Shown one piece after another: positions 24,300 through 37,700 of a stretch of 64,000 bases of DNA. Source of the stretch: Nemertoderma westbladi (taxonomy: Eukaryota > Animalia > Xenacoelomorpha); assembly GCA_032718475.1 (NCBI GenBank), contig JAUCBJ010003164.1, forward strand, positions 1 to 64,000, written 5' to 3'. Position 1 is the first letter of the stretch. Every line of letters starts with the position of its first letter. A program made the translations under genes and the position numbers. Under the pieces are notes generated by a model that saw nothing but the letters and a program-made list of their open reading frames with translations, made no database searches and was not told the DNA's origin.

Positions 24300-26709
24300 C
24301 TATCTCAGACTGCCTCTGTGGTGTGGGGATGCGTAATCCTCCACGATTGGTTGTTGTTCCACTGAGTAGAACTGGTTGTTATAAGGTTCGGGGTTGTAGG
24401 CTTCACTCTGAACATAGTTCGAGCTGTCCTGCCCAACTGTACCGTAGGATTTCGCCGCACCGTCTAGCTTATCTTTATTATCTAGAATTATAATGAAGTC
24501 ATTAATAGAAACTAATTGATACAATACTGTAGGGGTAAATTTATAGTACCGCGCCAACTAGCGGTGGTTGTATGCACCGGATTGCATCGCAAGGCAGCCA
24601 TTATGGGGCGAGCCATGTACTAGTTCAAAAGTATTAACTAGAGTCATATTCTTTCCAAAATTCTAACTAAATGAGGATACATTTAATACCCTCTCTAGCT
24701 TATTTATGAGGGTGTATCTGTATCCTGCTCTTTTCATTTTCTTTTACTTTTTCTTCTTTCAACTTTTTTTTTATTTGAAGGTTCTTCTGTCACTTTACCT
24801 TCAGTAATTTACCAACAATTAATTATTGAACTACTATTGTGATTTCACTACAAACTGGTTATATTTAACATTTTATATAATCGCATTTACCTAGGCAGGT
24901 ATCTTTCTCATCGGCCCAAGGTTGTTTCTCACCAGACGCGAATACCCCGTAGAATATGATCCCGGCGTAGTGGACTGTAGACGCTATGATAAACACACTT
25001 TGCCATTCCAACGCCATCTAGAGGAAGACAATTAATAGGGTAGTAATTAATTTTAAGGATTTATAATAAAGAAAGTATCTGTGCATCATGATTTTAAATA
25101 ACTTTAATTGAACTTAATATACTTATACTTTTTTAATAAAACAACATTTTAATGTTAATTTCTGTTTTGATATTTCTTCCGAAAAAAAAAACAATAAAAA
25201 TGTTGGTTTAATATAATAAACAAATTTAATAACGCAATCGCATCGTACCTTGTGTTTGGTGAGCAGACCAACAACCATGGGACACACCATCCCGGATAAA
25301 GTTCCGACCCCGTTAGAGATACCCATTAGTATGCTAGCGAACCGGGGAGCAATGTCCAGGTGGTTAACGTTGAATCCTGAGGACATATATAATCATAAAA
25401 AATACAAGTTCAAAGAAATTAAACTAAATGTTGCAAAATTATTAATGAAAAAATTTACAAAGATAATTAATCAAGAAAAACGTAATATTATTAATCCCAA
25501 ATGCTAAAACTAATTTAAGGATGTAATATAATTAATGGTTTTGTTCAGAAATGGAAAAAATGAGAAAGCGCGTCACCGGGGGTTGAAAACTACAGTAATT
25601 AAACACGACATCTCAATAAATCACTGTCTAGACACCTACCGCGCCATTCTAACGTACCTGCGGTAATTAAATTTCCCATTATTGTCATTCATATTAACAT
25701 TATTTTGGTTAAATTGAGTGAAAAACATGTTATCAATGGGTAGGATGCAAAAAAAACACCATAATTATAGTAAAAGTTTATATTTTTGGTGTGTAAAATA
25801 ATTATAGAAAAAGTTTTAAGATTGCAGTACACGGTGTGGTGTGGAAGTTAGGCAGTCCTATTCCATATGAAACCGAAAGTTTGTTATGAATTCTGTACCG
25901 TGTTGACTATTATGTCACAATACTGTGGGGCGAGCCACGAAAGTAAACGAACTTATAATACGGGTACCACTATCTGCTTGGCGGTCGGTCGGTCGCCCGG
26001 TCTTTCTGTCTGTCGGACTTATCATTAAATGCTTTATTCTCAGGAAACGCAGTTTCCTGAGTTTTATTCGCAGTTTCTTAAAACGTTGTAGGACTGAACT
26101 ATGAAAAATGTTTAGAAAGTCTGACAGACTTGAAGGTCATCGGTCCGCAGTTCTCCAGTATGCCGCTAGAGTGCAAAATGTTTGAAGTTGAAAAACTTCC
26201 ACCGTTTTATTTTTATTTTAATTAGTTCAAACTTGGCATATATGTACTAGAAAACTGGCTGCTTCATTGTGAGGCGGTACTCCGTCTCCACTTCTAATGA
26301 TTCGCTATCGGGATCGAGATGTCTGAAAGTGAAACCCTTCTCTTATTTCGTTATTTGTTATACGTTAAAACCGCCTAGTGGAACTTAATTTTTTGCTATA
26401 TTAATAATAAATTGTAACAGAATAATACGGTTACAGCAGGCCTATATATTAAAAAAAACTCTTACCCGATATGGCAAATCCACTAAACCCTACAGCCATG
26501 GTCAGGCAGGTTATAGCTGTTGTGCGGTCTCTTGTCATGGCAACACCCAATAGGAAACTAGCCTCCATACCGAAACCGCCGCAGTTGAAGATCTTTCGAA
26601 CGGCCGTGGTTGATAAAATACCGCGCGATCGCAGAAAATCCGCCATGTATCCACCGATAGGAACCAAAATCGCCATTACAAGATGGGGTAGGGCCGAAAG
26701 GATACCAAT
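24300..26709 (-). CDS. VGLUT: VGLUT last four coding exons, copy 2
   Basis: Exons 26709-26466, 25376-25249, 25017-24891 and 24481-24300. Same peptide, splice sites intact. Confidence 0.9.
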
Positions 26710-28817
26710 CTGTCGTGAAAGAATACATTATATCAATAAATTATGTAGGAAAGGGAAAGTCCAAAGCATATAATTAATAATCTATTGTTAGATAACGAGT
26801 TTGTATTGTTGGTTGGACTTATGTTAAAGTGACCAAATGGAATCAAAAGAAAGATGTTACGATATGAGTATATATTTCGGGCAACAGCCCATTATCAACT
26901 CATAATAATCTATTGTGGTTCTGGAAATGTGATACAAAGTTGCCAAGTGATCTACTTAAATTTGTGCACAAAAATATCGGATTTGATAAGATTCGAACTC
27001 ACGGTCTCTAGCTGATAAGTCGAACGCGCTCTCAGATACACGTTACAAAACTATTGATAAAAGTTAAACACGAAATATCGGGGCAACCTGAAATCTACTC
27101 TCTCTTCACTGTTACCTGTAAAGCGGAAATCGCACACTCTACAGTAACTTACACGGATGCAGAGCACCTTAGTAGCTACCCAATGCCAATTCCGCCCGCA
27201 AAATAAGGTTCCCATATCGATGGTTAGACACCAAGTTACGAAAACTCACCTGGCACACAAAACGGGTACTGGCCATAGACTCACCTGGGACTCAAAAGGG
27301 GAACTGGGCTGGCCATAGACTCACCTGGGACACAAAACGGGGGCTGGGCATAGACTCACCTGGGACACAAAACGGGTACGGGATTATAATAAATAAATTA
27401 CCTTTCTTGTAATCGTCCCTGGTCCTGAAACACTTTAATATATTTGATTGCGAACGGCCATTAATGCGACGTCTCTATAATAAAGCAGATAATATTTAGG
27501 CCTATGAATAAACAAACTATAATAATACTGGAATACAAAACTAAACACTAAATAGGGTAACTAACTAGAAAGTCAAGGTTAAACCATACCGAATGAATAT
27601 AATACAAAGCCGGTTGGTTGAAAGCATATTATATTGATATGAAGACACAAGAGTATTGTTATTGACTTCGCAATACAAAGTAATTATATGTCTGGAGGGA
27701 GGAATGACCCCGTGCCTTTGTATAATAGCCGACCCACCGACTGGCATTCAAATAATAATAATATGCTTCTACGGCTACGGTACTGTACAGCCAATAAGAA
27801 CATTGAATATTAGTTAAAGGCAATGGCTGTATGAATAGCCGCGTTAAGTTAAACTGCAACAGAGGTGTATGTAAAGTGAAAGAAATAGGCCACAGTCACT
27901 CAGGTAAGCAAGCCTGAATGAGATGATGAGTATGACAAGGGCTTGAAGTATTGGCTACCCCGCCCATCAACTATAGTAACTGTATGATATTTCGTCTTAA
28001 ATTCCCGCTTTGAGGTTCTGAAGGATGAGTTGATTCCACTTTTTAGCTGTTATTTAGGTGAAACAAAAGATAAGAAGAGGACTTAAAGGAACACTTTATA
28101 TTTTCACTTAATTAACAGCAGAAATATTTTGGAATTGAAGTTATTAATTTTTGTAGATAACTTTCTCCAGAAATGTGTGAAAGACAATTTTGAAAATCAG
28201 CGAGATTTTGTGAAAGTGTCTTTAAAAAATGAGTGTAAGTCAGCCAATGGGCATAGCTGAATCGACATTATGTTTTTTTTGTAATAACGCGCCATAGAAT
28301 AACATGGAGTAACTATGACAATACCATGGTAAGGGCCAGTCCTTAGCATATAAATAATAATTGTCTCTAGCGGCTGCACCCCCCCCCCGGCCGTCTCTCT
28401 CTGCTGCCTCTAGCGTCGGTAGTAAATTCATACTGTGCCACGTGGTGGTGTGTAACACTTTTCCTATTGTAAGTACAATGAATGTGGAAGGGATGGATAA
28501 GGCAATAATTATTCTATCATAGAAGGGGAATATTATATGTTGATGTGGGCAGGGAATAATGCCGGTGGTTGGGTTATATTGTTAAAGTAATGAAAAGTTT
28601 AAAGGTCTGTATGTTCGGTTGTTGTGAATGAAAAATGCTAATTTAAAGTTCTTTAGATTCACTGTAAATTGATCTTTCTATTATTCATACCAAGAACTAA
28701 CAATCAGGATCAAGAATAACCTTATTTAAAAAATGTATTATTATATATCCTGCGGTATGCAATGCCATTGGTTTCAATGTCGATTACAATATCAATATCG
28801 GTTATTGGTATCGGTTA

Positions 28818-31780
28818 CTGGTACTTGTACTTGTACTTGTATTTGTACTTGTACTTGTACTTGTACTTGTACTTGTACTTCTAATTGTACTTGTACTTGT
28901 ACTTGTACTTGTACTTGTACTTGTACTGGTACTTGTACTGGTACTTGTACCTGTACTTGTACTTGTACTTGTACCTGTACTTGTACTTGTACTTGAACTT
29001 GTACTTGTACTTGTACCTGTACTTGTACTTGTACCTGTACTTGTACTTGTACTTGTAATTGAACTTGAACTTGTAATTGTACTTGTACTTGTACTTGTAC
29101 ATGTACTTGAACTTGTACTTGTAATTGTACTTGTACTTGTACTTGTACTTGAACTTGTACTTGTAATTGTGCTTGTGCTTGTGCTTATGCTTGTACTTGT
29201 ACTTGTACTTGTACATGTACTTGAACTTGTACTTGTACTTGAACTTGTACTTGTACTTGTACCTGTACTTGTACTTGTACTTGAACTTGTACATGTACTT
29301 GAACTTGTACCTGTACCTGTACTTGTACTTGTGCTTCTAATTGTACTTGTACTTGTAATTGTGCTTGTGCTTGTGCTTGTGCTTATGCTTGTGCTTGTAC
29401 TTGTACTTGTACTTGTACTTGTACTTGAACTTGTACTTGTACTTGAACTTGTACTTGTACTTGCACTTGTACTTGTAATTGTGCTTGTGCTTGTGCTTAT
29501 GCTTGTGCTTGTACTTGTACTTGTACATGTACTTGAACTTGTACTTGTACTTGAACTTGTACTTGTACTTGCACTTGTACTTGTAATTGTGCTTGTGCTT
29601 GTGCTTATGCTTGTTCTTGTACTTGAACTTGCACTTGTACTTGCACTTGTACTTGTAATTGTGCTTGTGCTTGTGCTTGTGCTTGTGCTTGTACTTGTAC
29701 TTGCACTTGTACTTGCACTTGTACTTGTAATTGTGCTTGTGCTTGTGCTTGTGCTTATGCTTGTGCTTGTACTTGTACTTGTACATGTACTTGAACTTGT
29801 ACTTGAACTTGTACTTGTACTTGTACCTGTACTTGTACTTGAACTTGTACATGTACATGTACTTGAACGGGTACCTGTACCTGTACTTGTACTTGTACTT
29901 GTATTTGTACTTGTACTTGTACTTGTACTTGTACTTGTACTTGTACCTGTACTTGTACTTGCTTGTACTTGAACTTGTACATGTACTTGAACTTGTACCT
30001 GTACCTGTACTTGTACTTGTACTTGTACTTCTAATTGTACTTGTACTTGTAATTGTGCTTGTGCTTGTGCTTATGCTTGTGCTTGTACTTGTACTTGTAC
30101 TTGAACTTGTACTTGTACTTGTACTTGAACTTGTACTTGTAATTGTGCTTGTGCTTGTGCTTATGCTTGTGCTTGTGCTTGTGCTTATGCTTGTGCTTGT
30201 ACTTGTACTTGTACTTGTACATGTACTTGAACTTGTACTTGTACTTGAACTTGTACTTGTACTTGTAATTGTGCTTGTGCTTGTGCTTATGCTTGTTCTT
30301 GTACTTGAACTTGCACTTGTACTTGCACTTGTACTTGTAATTGTGCTTGTGCTTGTGCTTGTGCTTGTGCTTGTGCTTGTACTTGTACTTGTACATGTAC
30401 TTGAACTTGTACTTGAACTTGTACTTGTACTTGTACCTGTACTTGTACTTGAACTTGTACATGTACATGTACTTGAACGGGTACCTGTACCTGTACTTGT
30501 ACTTGTACTTGTATTTGTACTTGTACTTGTACTTGTACTTGTACTTGTACTTGTACTTGTACATGTACTTGAACTTGTACTTGTACTTGTACTTGAACTT
30601 GTACCTGTACTTGTACTTGTACTTGTACTTGTACTTGAACTTGTACATGTACTTGTACCTGTACTTGTACTTGAACTTGTACTTGTACTTGTACTTGCAC
30701 TTGTACTTGTAATTGTACTTGTACTTGTACTTGAACTTGTACTTGTACTTGTACTTGCACTTGTACTTGTGCTTGTGCTTGTGCTTATGCTTGTGCTTGT
30801 ACTTGTACTTGTACTTGTACTTGTACATGTACTTGAACTTGTACTTGTACTTGAACTTGTACTTGTACTTGCACTTGTACTTGTAATTGTGCTTGTGCTT
30901 ATGCTTGTTCTTGTACTTGAACTTGCACTTGTACTTGCACTTGTACTTGTAATTGTGCTTGTGCTTGTGCTTATGCTTGTGCTTGTACTTGTACATGTAC
31001 TTGAACTTGTACTTGAACTTGTACCTGTACTTGTACTTGAACTTGTACATGTACATGTACTTGAACGGGTACCTGTACCTGTACTTGTACTTGTACTTCT
31101 AATTGTACTTGTACTTGCACTTGTAATTGTGCTTGTGCTTATGCTTGGGCTTGTGCTTGTACTTGTACTTGTACTTGCACTTGTACTTGTAATTGTGCTT
31201 ATGCTTGTGCTTGTGCTTGTGCTTGTACTTGTACTTGTACTTGTACATGTACTTGAACTTGTACTTGAACTTGTACTTGTACTTGCACTTGTACTTGTAA
31301 TTGTGCATGTGCTTGTGCTTGTGCTTATGCTTGTACTTGTACTTGTACTTGTACTTGTACTTGCACTTGTACTTGTACTTGTACATGTACTTGTACTTGT
31401 ACTTGAACTTGTACTTGTACCTGTACTTGTACTTGTACTTGTACCTGTACTTGTACTTGTACTTGTAATTGAACTTGTACTTGTACATGAACTTGTACTT
31501 GTACTTGAACTTGTACTTGTACTTGAACTTGTACTTGTACTTGTACTTGAACTTGTACTTGTACTTGTAATTGTACTTGTACTTGTACATGTACTTGTAC
31601 TTGTACTTATACCTGTACCTGTACTTGTACTTGTACTTGAACTTGTACTTGAACTTGTACTGGTACTTGTGCTTGAACTTGTACTTGTACTTGTAATTGT
31701 ACTTGTACTTGTACATGTACTTGTACTTGTACTTATACCTGTACCTGTACTTGTATTTGTAATTGTACTTGTACTTGTTG
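28818..31780. repeat. GTACTT hexamer satellite tract, copy 2 (~3.0 kb)
   Basis: As copy 1, but richer in GTGCTT/ATGCTT/GCACTT variants. Confidence 0.98.
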
Positions 31781-31789
31781 TATTTTTTA

Positions 31790-34700
31790 GAATTCCGGTC
31801 AGTATTTTGGACAGTTTTGCCCGGAAATCCGGGCATTTTGCCGGATTTTTGGATGTCCGGGCATTCTAGTGCCCGGGCATCCGGACATCCGGGCGAATTT
31901 GGAACGGTCAAATTGTCGGACAGTAAAGTTTAATGGACGCCCGGATTTATAGAATTCCGGGCAGTATTTTGGACAAATTTGCCCGGAAATCCGGACATTT
32001 TGCCGGATTTTTGGATGTCCGGGCATTCCAGTGCCCGGGCGTCCGGATTTCCGGGCGACTTTGGAACGGACAAATAGTCGAACAGACAAGTTTAATGGAA
32101 GCCCGGATTTACAAAATTCCGGGCACTATTTTGGACAAATTTGCCCGGAAATCCGGACAATTTGCCGGATTTTTGGATGTCCGGGCATTCCAGTGCCCGG
32201 GCGTCCGGACATCCGGGCGACTTTGGAACGGAAAAATAGTCGGACAGACAAGTTTAATAGACGCCCGGATTTACGGAAATCCGGCCAGTATTTTGGACAA
32301 ATTTGCCCGGAAATCCGGACAATTTTCCGGATTTTTGGATGTCCGGGCATTCCAGTGCCCGGGCGTCCGGGCGACTTTAGAACGGACAAATAGTCGGACA
32401 GAGAAGTTAAATGGACGCCCGGATTTATAGAATTCCGGGCAGTATTTTGGAGAAATTTGCCCGGAAATCCGGACATTTTGCCGGATTTTTGGATTTCCGG
32501 GCATTCCAGTGCCCGGGCGTCCGGACTTCCGGGCGACTTTGGAACGGACAAATAGTCGGACAGACAAGTTAAATGGACGCCCGGATTTACAGATTTCCGG
32601 GCAGTATTTTGGACGAATTTGCCCGGAAATCCGGACAATTTGCCGGATTTTTGGATGTCCGGGCATTCCAGTGCCCGGGCGTCCGGACTTCCGGGCGACT
32701 TTGGAACGGGAAAATAGTCGGACAGACAAGTTTAATAAACGCCCGGATTTACGGAATTCCGGGCAGTATTTTGGACAAATTTGCCGGAAATCCGGACAAT
32801 TTGCCGGATTTTTGGATTTCCGGGCATTCCAGTGCCCGGGCGTCTGGACTTCCGGGCGACTTTAGAACGGACAAATAGTCGGACAGAGAAGTTAAATGGA
32901 CGCCCGGATTTATAGAATTCCGGGCAGTATTTTGGACAAATTTGCCCGGAAATCCGGACAATTTGCCGGATTTTTGGATGTCCGGGCATTCCAGTGCCCG
33001 GGCGTCCGGACTTCCGGGCGACTTTGGAACGGGAAAATAGTCGGACAGACAAGTTTAATAAACGCCCGGATTTACGGAATTCCGGGCAGTATTTTGGACA
33101 AATTTACCGGAAATCCGGACAATTTGCCGGATTTTTGGATTTCCGGGCATTCCAGTGCCCGGGCGTCCGGACTTCCGGGCGACTTTAGAAAGGACAAATA
33201 GTCGGACAGAGAAGTTAAATGGACGCCCGGATTTATAGAATTCCGGGCAGTATTTTGGACAAATTTGCCCGGAAATCCGGACATTTTGCCGGATTTTTGG
33301 ATGTCCGGGCATTCCAGTGCCCGGGCGTCCGGATTTCCGGGCGACTTTGGAACGGACAAATAGTCGAACAGACAAGTTTAATGGAAGCCCGGATTTACAA
33401 AATTCCGGGCACTATTTTGGACAAATTTGCCCGGAAATCCGGACAATTTGCCGGATTTTTGGATGTCCGGGCATTCCAGTGCCCGGGCGTCCGGACATCC
33501 GGGCGACTTTGGAACGGAAAAATAGTCGGACAGACAAGTTTAATAGACGCCCGGATTTACGGAATTCCGGCCAGTATTTTGGACAAATTTGCCCGGAAAT
33601 CCGGACAATTTTGCCGGATTTTTGGATGTCCGGGCATTCCAGTGCCCGGGCGTCCGGACATCCGGGCGACTTTGGAACGGACAAATAGTCGGACAGACAA
33701 GTTAAATGGACGCCCGGATTTACAGATTTCCGGGCAGTATTTTGGACAAATTTGCCCGGAAATCCGGACATTTTGCCGGATTTTTGGATGTCCGGGCATT
33801 CCAGTGCCCGGGCGTCCGGACTTCCGGGCGACTTTGGAACGGACAAATAGTCGGACAGACAAGTTTAATGGACGCCCGGATTTACAGAATTCCGGGCAGT
33901 ATTTTGGACAAATTTGCCCGGAAATCCGGACATTTTGCCGGATTTTTGGATGTCCGGGCATTCCAGTGCCCGGGCGTCCGGACATCCGGGCGACTTTAGA
34001 ACGGACAAATTGTCGGACAGACAAGTTAAATGGACGCCCGGATTTACAGAATTCCGGGCAGTATTTTGGACAAATTTGCCCGGAAATCCGGACATTTTGC
34101 CGGATTTTTGGATTTCCGGGCATTCCAGTGCCCGGGCGTCCGGACTTCCGGGCGACTTTGGAACGGACAAATAGTCGGACAGACAAGTTTAATGGAAGCC
34201 CGGATTTACAGAATTCCGGGCACTATTTTGGACAAATTTGCCCGGAAATCCGGACATTTTGCCGGATTTTTGGATGTCCGGGCATTCCAGTGCCCGGGCG
34301 TCCGGACTTCCGGGCGACTTTAGAACGGACAAATTGTCGGACAGACAAGTTAAATGGACGCCCGGATTTATAGAATTCCGGGCAGTATTTTGGACAAATT
34401 TGCCCGGAAATCCGGACAATTTGCCGGATTTTTGGATGTCCGGGCATTCCAGTGCCCGGGCGTCCGGACTTCCGGGCGACTTTGGAACGGAAAAATAGTC
34501 GGACAGACAAGTTTAATAGACGCCCGGATTTACGGAATTCCGGGCAGTATTTTGGACAAATTTGCCCGGAAATCCGGACATTTTGCCGGATTTTTGGATT
34601 TCCGGGCATTCCAGTGCCCGGGCGTCCGGACTTCCGGGCGACTTTGGAACGGACAAATAGTCGGACAGACAAGTTTAATGGACGCCCGGATTTACAGATT

Positions 34701-37700
34701 TCCGGGCAGTATTTTGGACAAATTTGCCCGGAAATCCGGACATTTTGCCGGATTTTTGGATGTCCGGGCATTCCAGTGCCCGGGCGTCCGGACTTCCGGG
34801 CGACTTTGGAACGGACAAATAGTCGGACAGACAAGTTTAATGGACGCCCGGATTTACAGAATTCCGGGCAGTATTTTGGACAAATTTGCCCGGAAATCCG
34901 GACAATTTGCCGGATTTTTGGATGTCCGGGCATTCCAGTGCCCGGGCGTCCGGACATCCGGGCGACTTTGGAACGGAAAAATAGTCGGACAGACAAGTTT
35001 AATAGACGCCCGGATTTACGGAATTCCGGGCAGTATTTTGGACAAATTTGCCCGGAAATCCGGACAATTTGCCGGATTTTTGGATGTCCGGGCATTCCAG
35101 TGCCCGGGCGTCCGGACTTCCGGGCGACTTTGGAACGGACAAATAGTCGGACAGACAAGTTAAATGGACGCCCGGATTTACAGATTTCCGGGCAGTATTT
35201 TGGACAAATTTGCCCGGAAATCCGGACATTTTGCCGGATTTTTGGATGTCCGGGCATTCCAGTGCCCGGGCGTCCGGACATCCGGGCGACTTTGGAACGG
35301 ACAAATAGTCGGACAGACAAGTTTAATGGAAGCCCGGATTTACAGAATTCCGGGCAGTATTTTGGACAAATTTGCCCGGAAATCCGGACATTTTGCCGGA
35401 TTTTTGGATGTCCGGGCATTCCAGTGCCCGGGCGTCCGGACTTCCGGGCGACTTTGGAACGGAAAAATAGTCGGACAGACAAGTTTAATGGACGCCCAGA
35501 TTTACGGAATTCCGGCCAGTATTTTGGACAAATTTGCCCGGAAATCCGGACAATTTTCCGGATTTTTGGATGTCCGGGCATTCCAGTGCCCGGGCGTCCG
35601 GACATCCGGGCGACTTTGGAATGGACAAATAGTCGGACAGACAAGTTAAATGGACGCCCGGATTTACAGATTTCCGGGCAGTACTTTGGACAAATTTGCC
35701 CGGAAATCCGGACATTTTGCCGGATTTTTGGATGTCCGGGCATTCCAGTGCCCGGGCGTCCGGATTTCCGGGCGACTTTGGAACGGACAAATAGTCGAAC
35801 AGACAAGTTTAATGGAAGCCCGGATTTACAAAATTCCGGGCACTATTTTGGACAAATTTACCCGGAAATCCGGACATTTTGCCGGATTTTTTGATGTCCG
35901 GGCATTCCAGTGCCCGGGCGTCCGGACATCCGGGCGACTTTAGAACGGACAAATTGTCGGACAGACAAGTTAAATGGACGCCCGGATTTACAGAATTCCG
36001 GGCAGTATTTTGGACAAATTTGCCCGGAAATCCGGACATTTTGCCGGATTTTTGGATTTCCGGGCATTCCAGTGCCCGGGCGTCCGGATTTCCGGGCGAC
36101 TTTGGAACGGACAAATAGTCGGACAGACAAGTTTAATGGAAGCCCGGATTTACAGAATTCCGGGCAGTATTTTGGACAAATTTACCCGGAAATCCGGACA
36201 TTTTGCCGGATTTTTTGATGTCCGGGCATTCCAGTGCCCGGGCGTCCGGACATCCGGGCGACTTTAGAACGGACAAATAGTCGGACAGACAAGTTAAATG
36301 GACGCCCGGATTTATAGAATTCCGGGCAGTATTTTGGACAAATTTGCCCGGAAATCCGGACATTTTGCCGGATTTTTGGATTTCCGGGCATTCCAGTGCC
36401 CGGGCGTCCGGACTTCCGGGCGACTTTGGAACGGACAAATAGTCGGACAGACAAGTTAAATGGACGCCCGGATTTACAGATTTCCGGGCAGTATTTTGGA
36501 CGAATTTGCCCGGAAATCCGGACATTTTGCCGGATTTTTGGATTTCCGGGCATTCCAGTGCCCGGGCGTCCGGACTTCCGGGCGACTTTGGAACGGACAA
36601 ATTGTCGGACAGACAAGTTAAATGGACGCCCGGATTTACAGATTTCCGGGCAGTATTTTGGACAAATTTGCCCGGAAATCCGGCCATTTTGCCGGATTTT
36701 TGGATTTCCGGGCATTCCAGTGCCCGGGCGTCCGGACATCCGGGCGACTTTAGAACGGACAAATAGTCGAACAGACAAGTTTAATAGACGCCCGGATTTA
36801 CGGAATTCCGGGCAGTATTTTGGAGAAATTTGCCCGGAAATCCGGACATTTTGCCGGATTTTTGGATGTCCGGGCATTCCAGTGCCCGGGCGTCCGGACT
36901 TCCGGGCGACTTTGGAACGGACAAATAGTCGAACAGATAAGTTTAATGGAAGCCCGGATTTTACAGATTTCCGGGCAGTATTTTGGACAAATTTGCCCGG
37001 AAATCCGGACATTTTGCCGGATTTTTGGATTTCCGGGCATTCCAGTGCCCGGGCGTCCGGACTTCCGGGAGACTTTGGAACGGACAAATAGTCGGACAGA
37101 CAAGTTTAATGGATGCCCAGATTTACAGATTTCCGGGCAGTATTTTGGACAAATTTGCCCGGAAATCCGGACATTTTGTCGGATTTTTGGATTTCCGGGC
37201 ATTCCAGTGCCCGGGCGTCCGGACTTCCGGGCGACTTTGGAACGGACAAATAGTCGGACAGACAAGTTTAATGGACGCCCGGATTTACAGATTTCCGGGC
37301 AGTATTTTGGACAAATTTGCCTGGAAATCCGGACAATTTGCCGGATTTTTGGATTTCCGGGCATTCCAGTGCCCGGGCGCCCGGACTTCCGGGCGACTTT
37401 GGAACGGACAAATAGTCGGACAGACAAGTTTAATGGATGCCCAGATTTACAGATTTCCGGGCAGTATTTTGGACAAATTTGCCCGGAAATCCGGCCATTT
37501 TGCCGGATTTTTGGATTTCCGGGCATTCCAGTGCCCGGGCGTCCGGACATCCGGGTGACTTTGGAACGGACAAATAGTCGAACAGATAAGTTTAATGGAA
37601 GCCCGGATTTTACAGATTTCCGGGCAGTATTTTGGACAAATTTGCCCGGAAATCCGGACATTTTGCCGGATTTTTGGATTTCCGGGCATTCCAGTGCCCG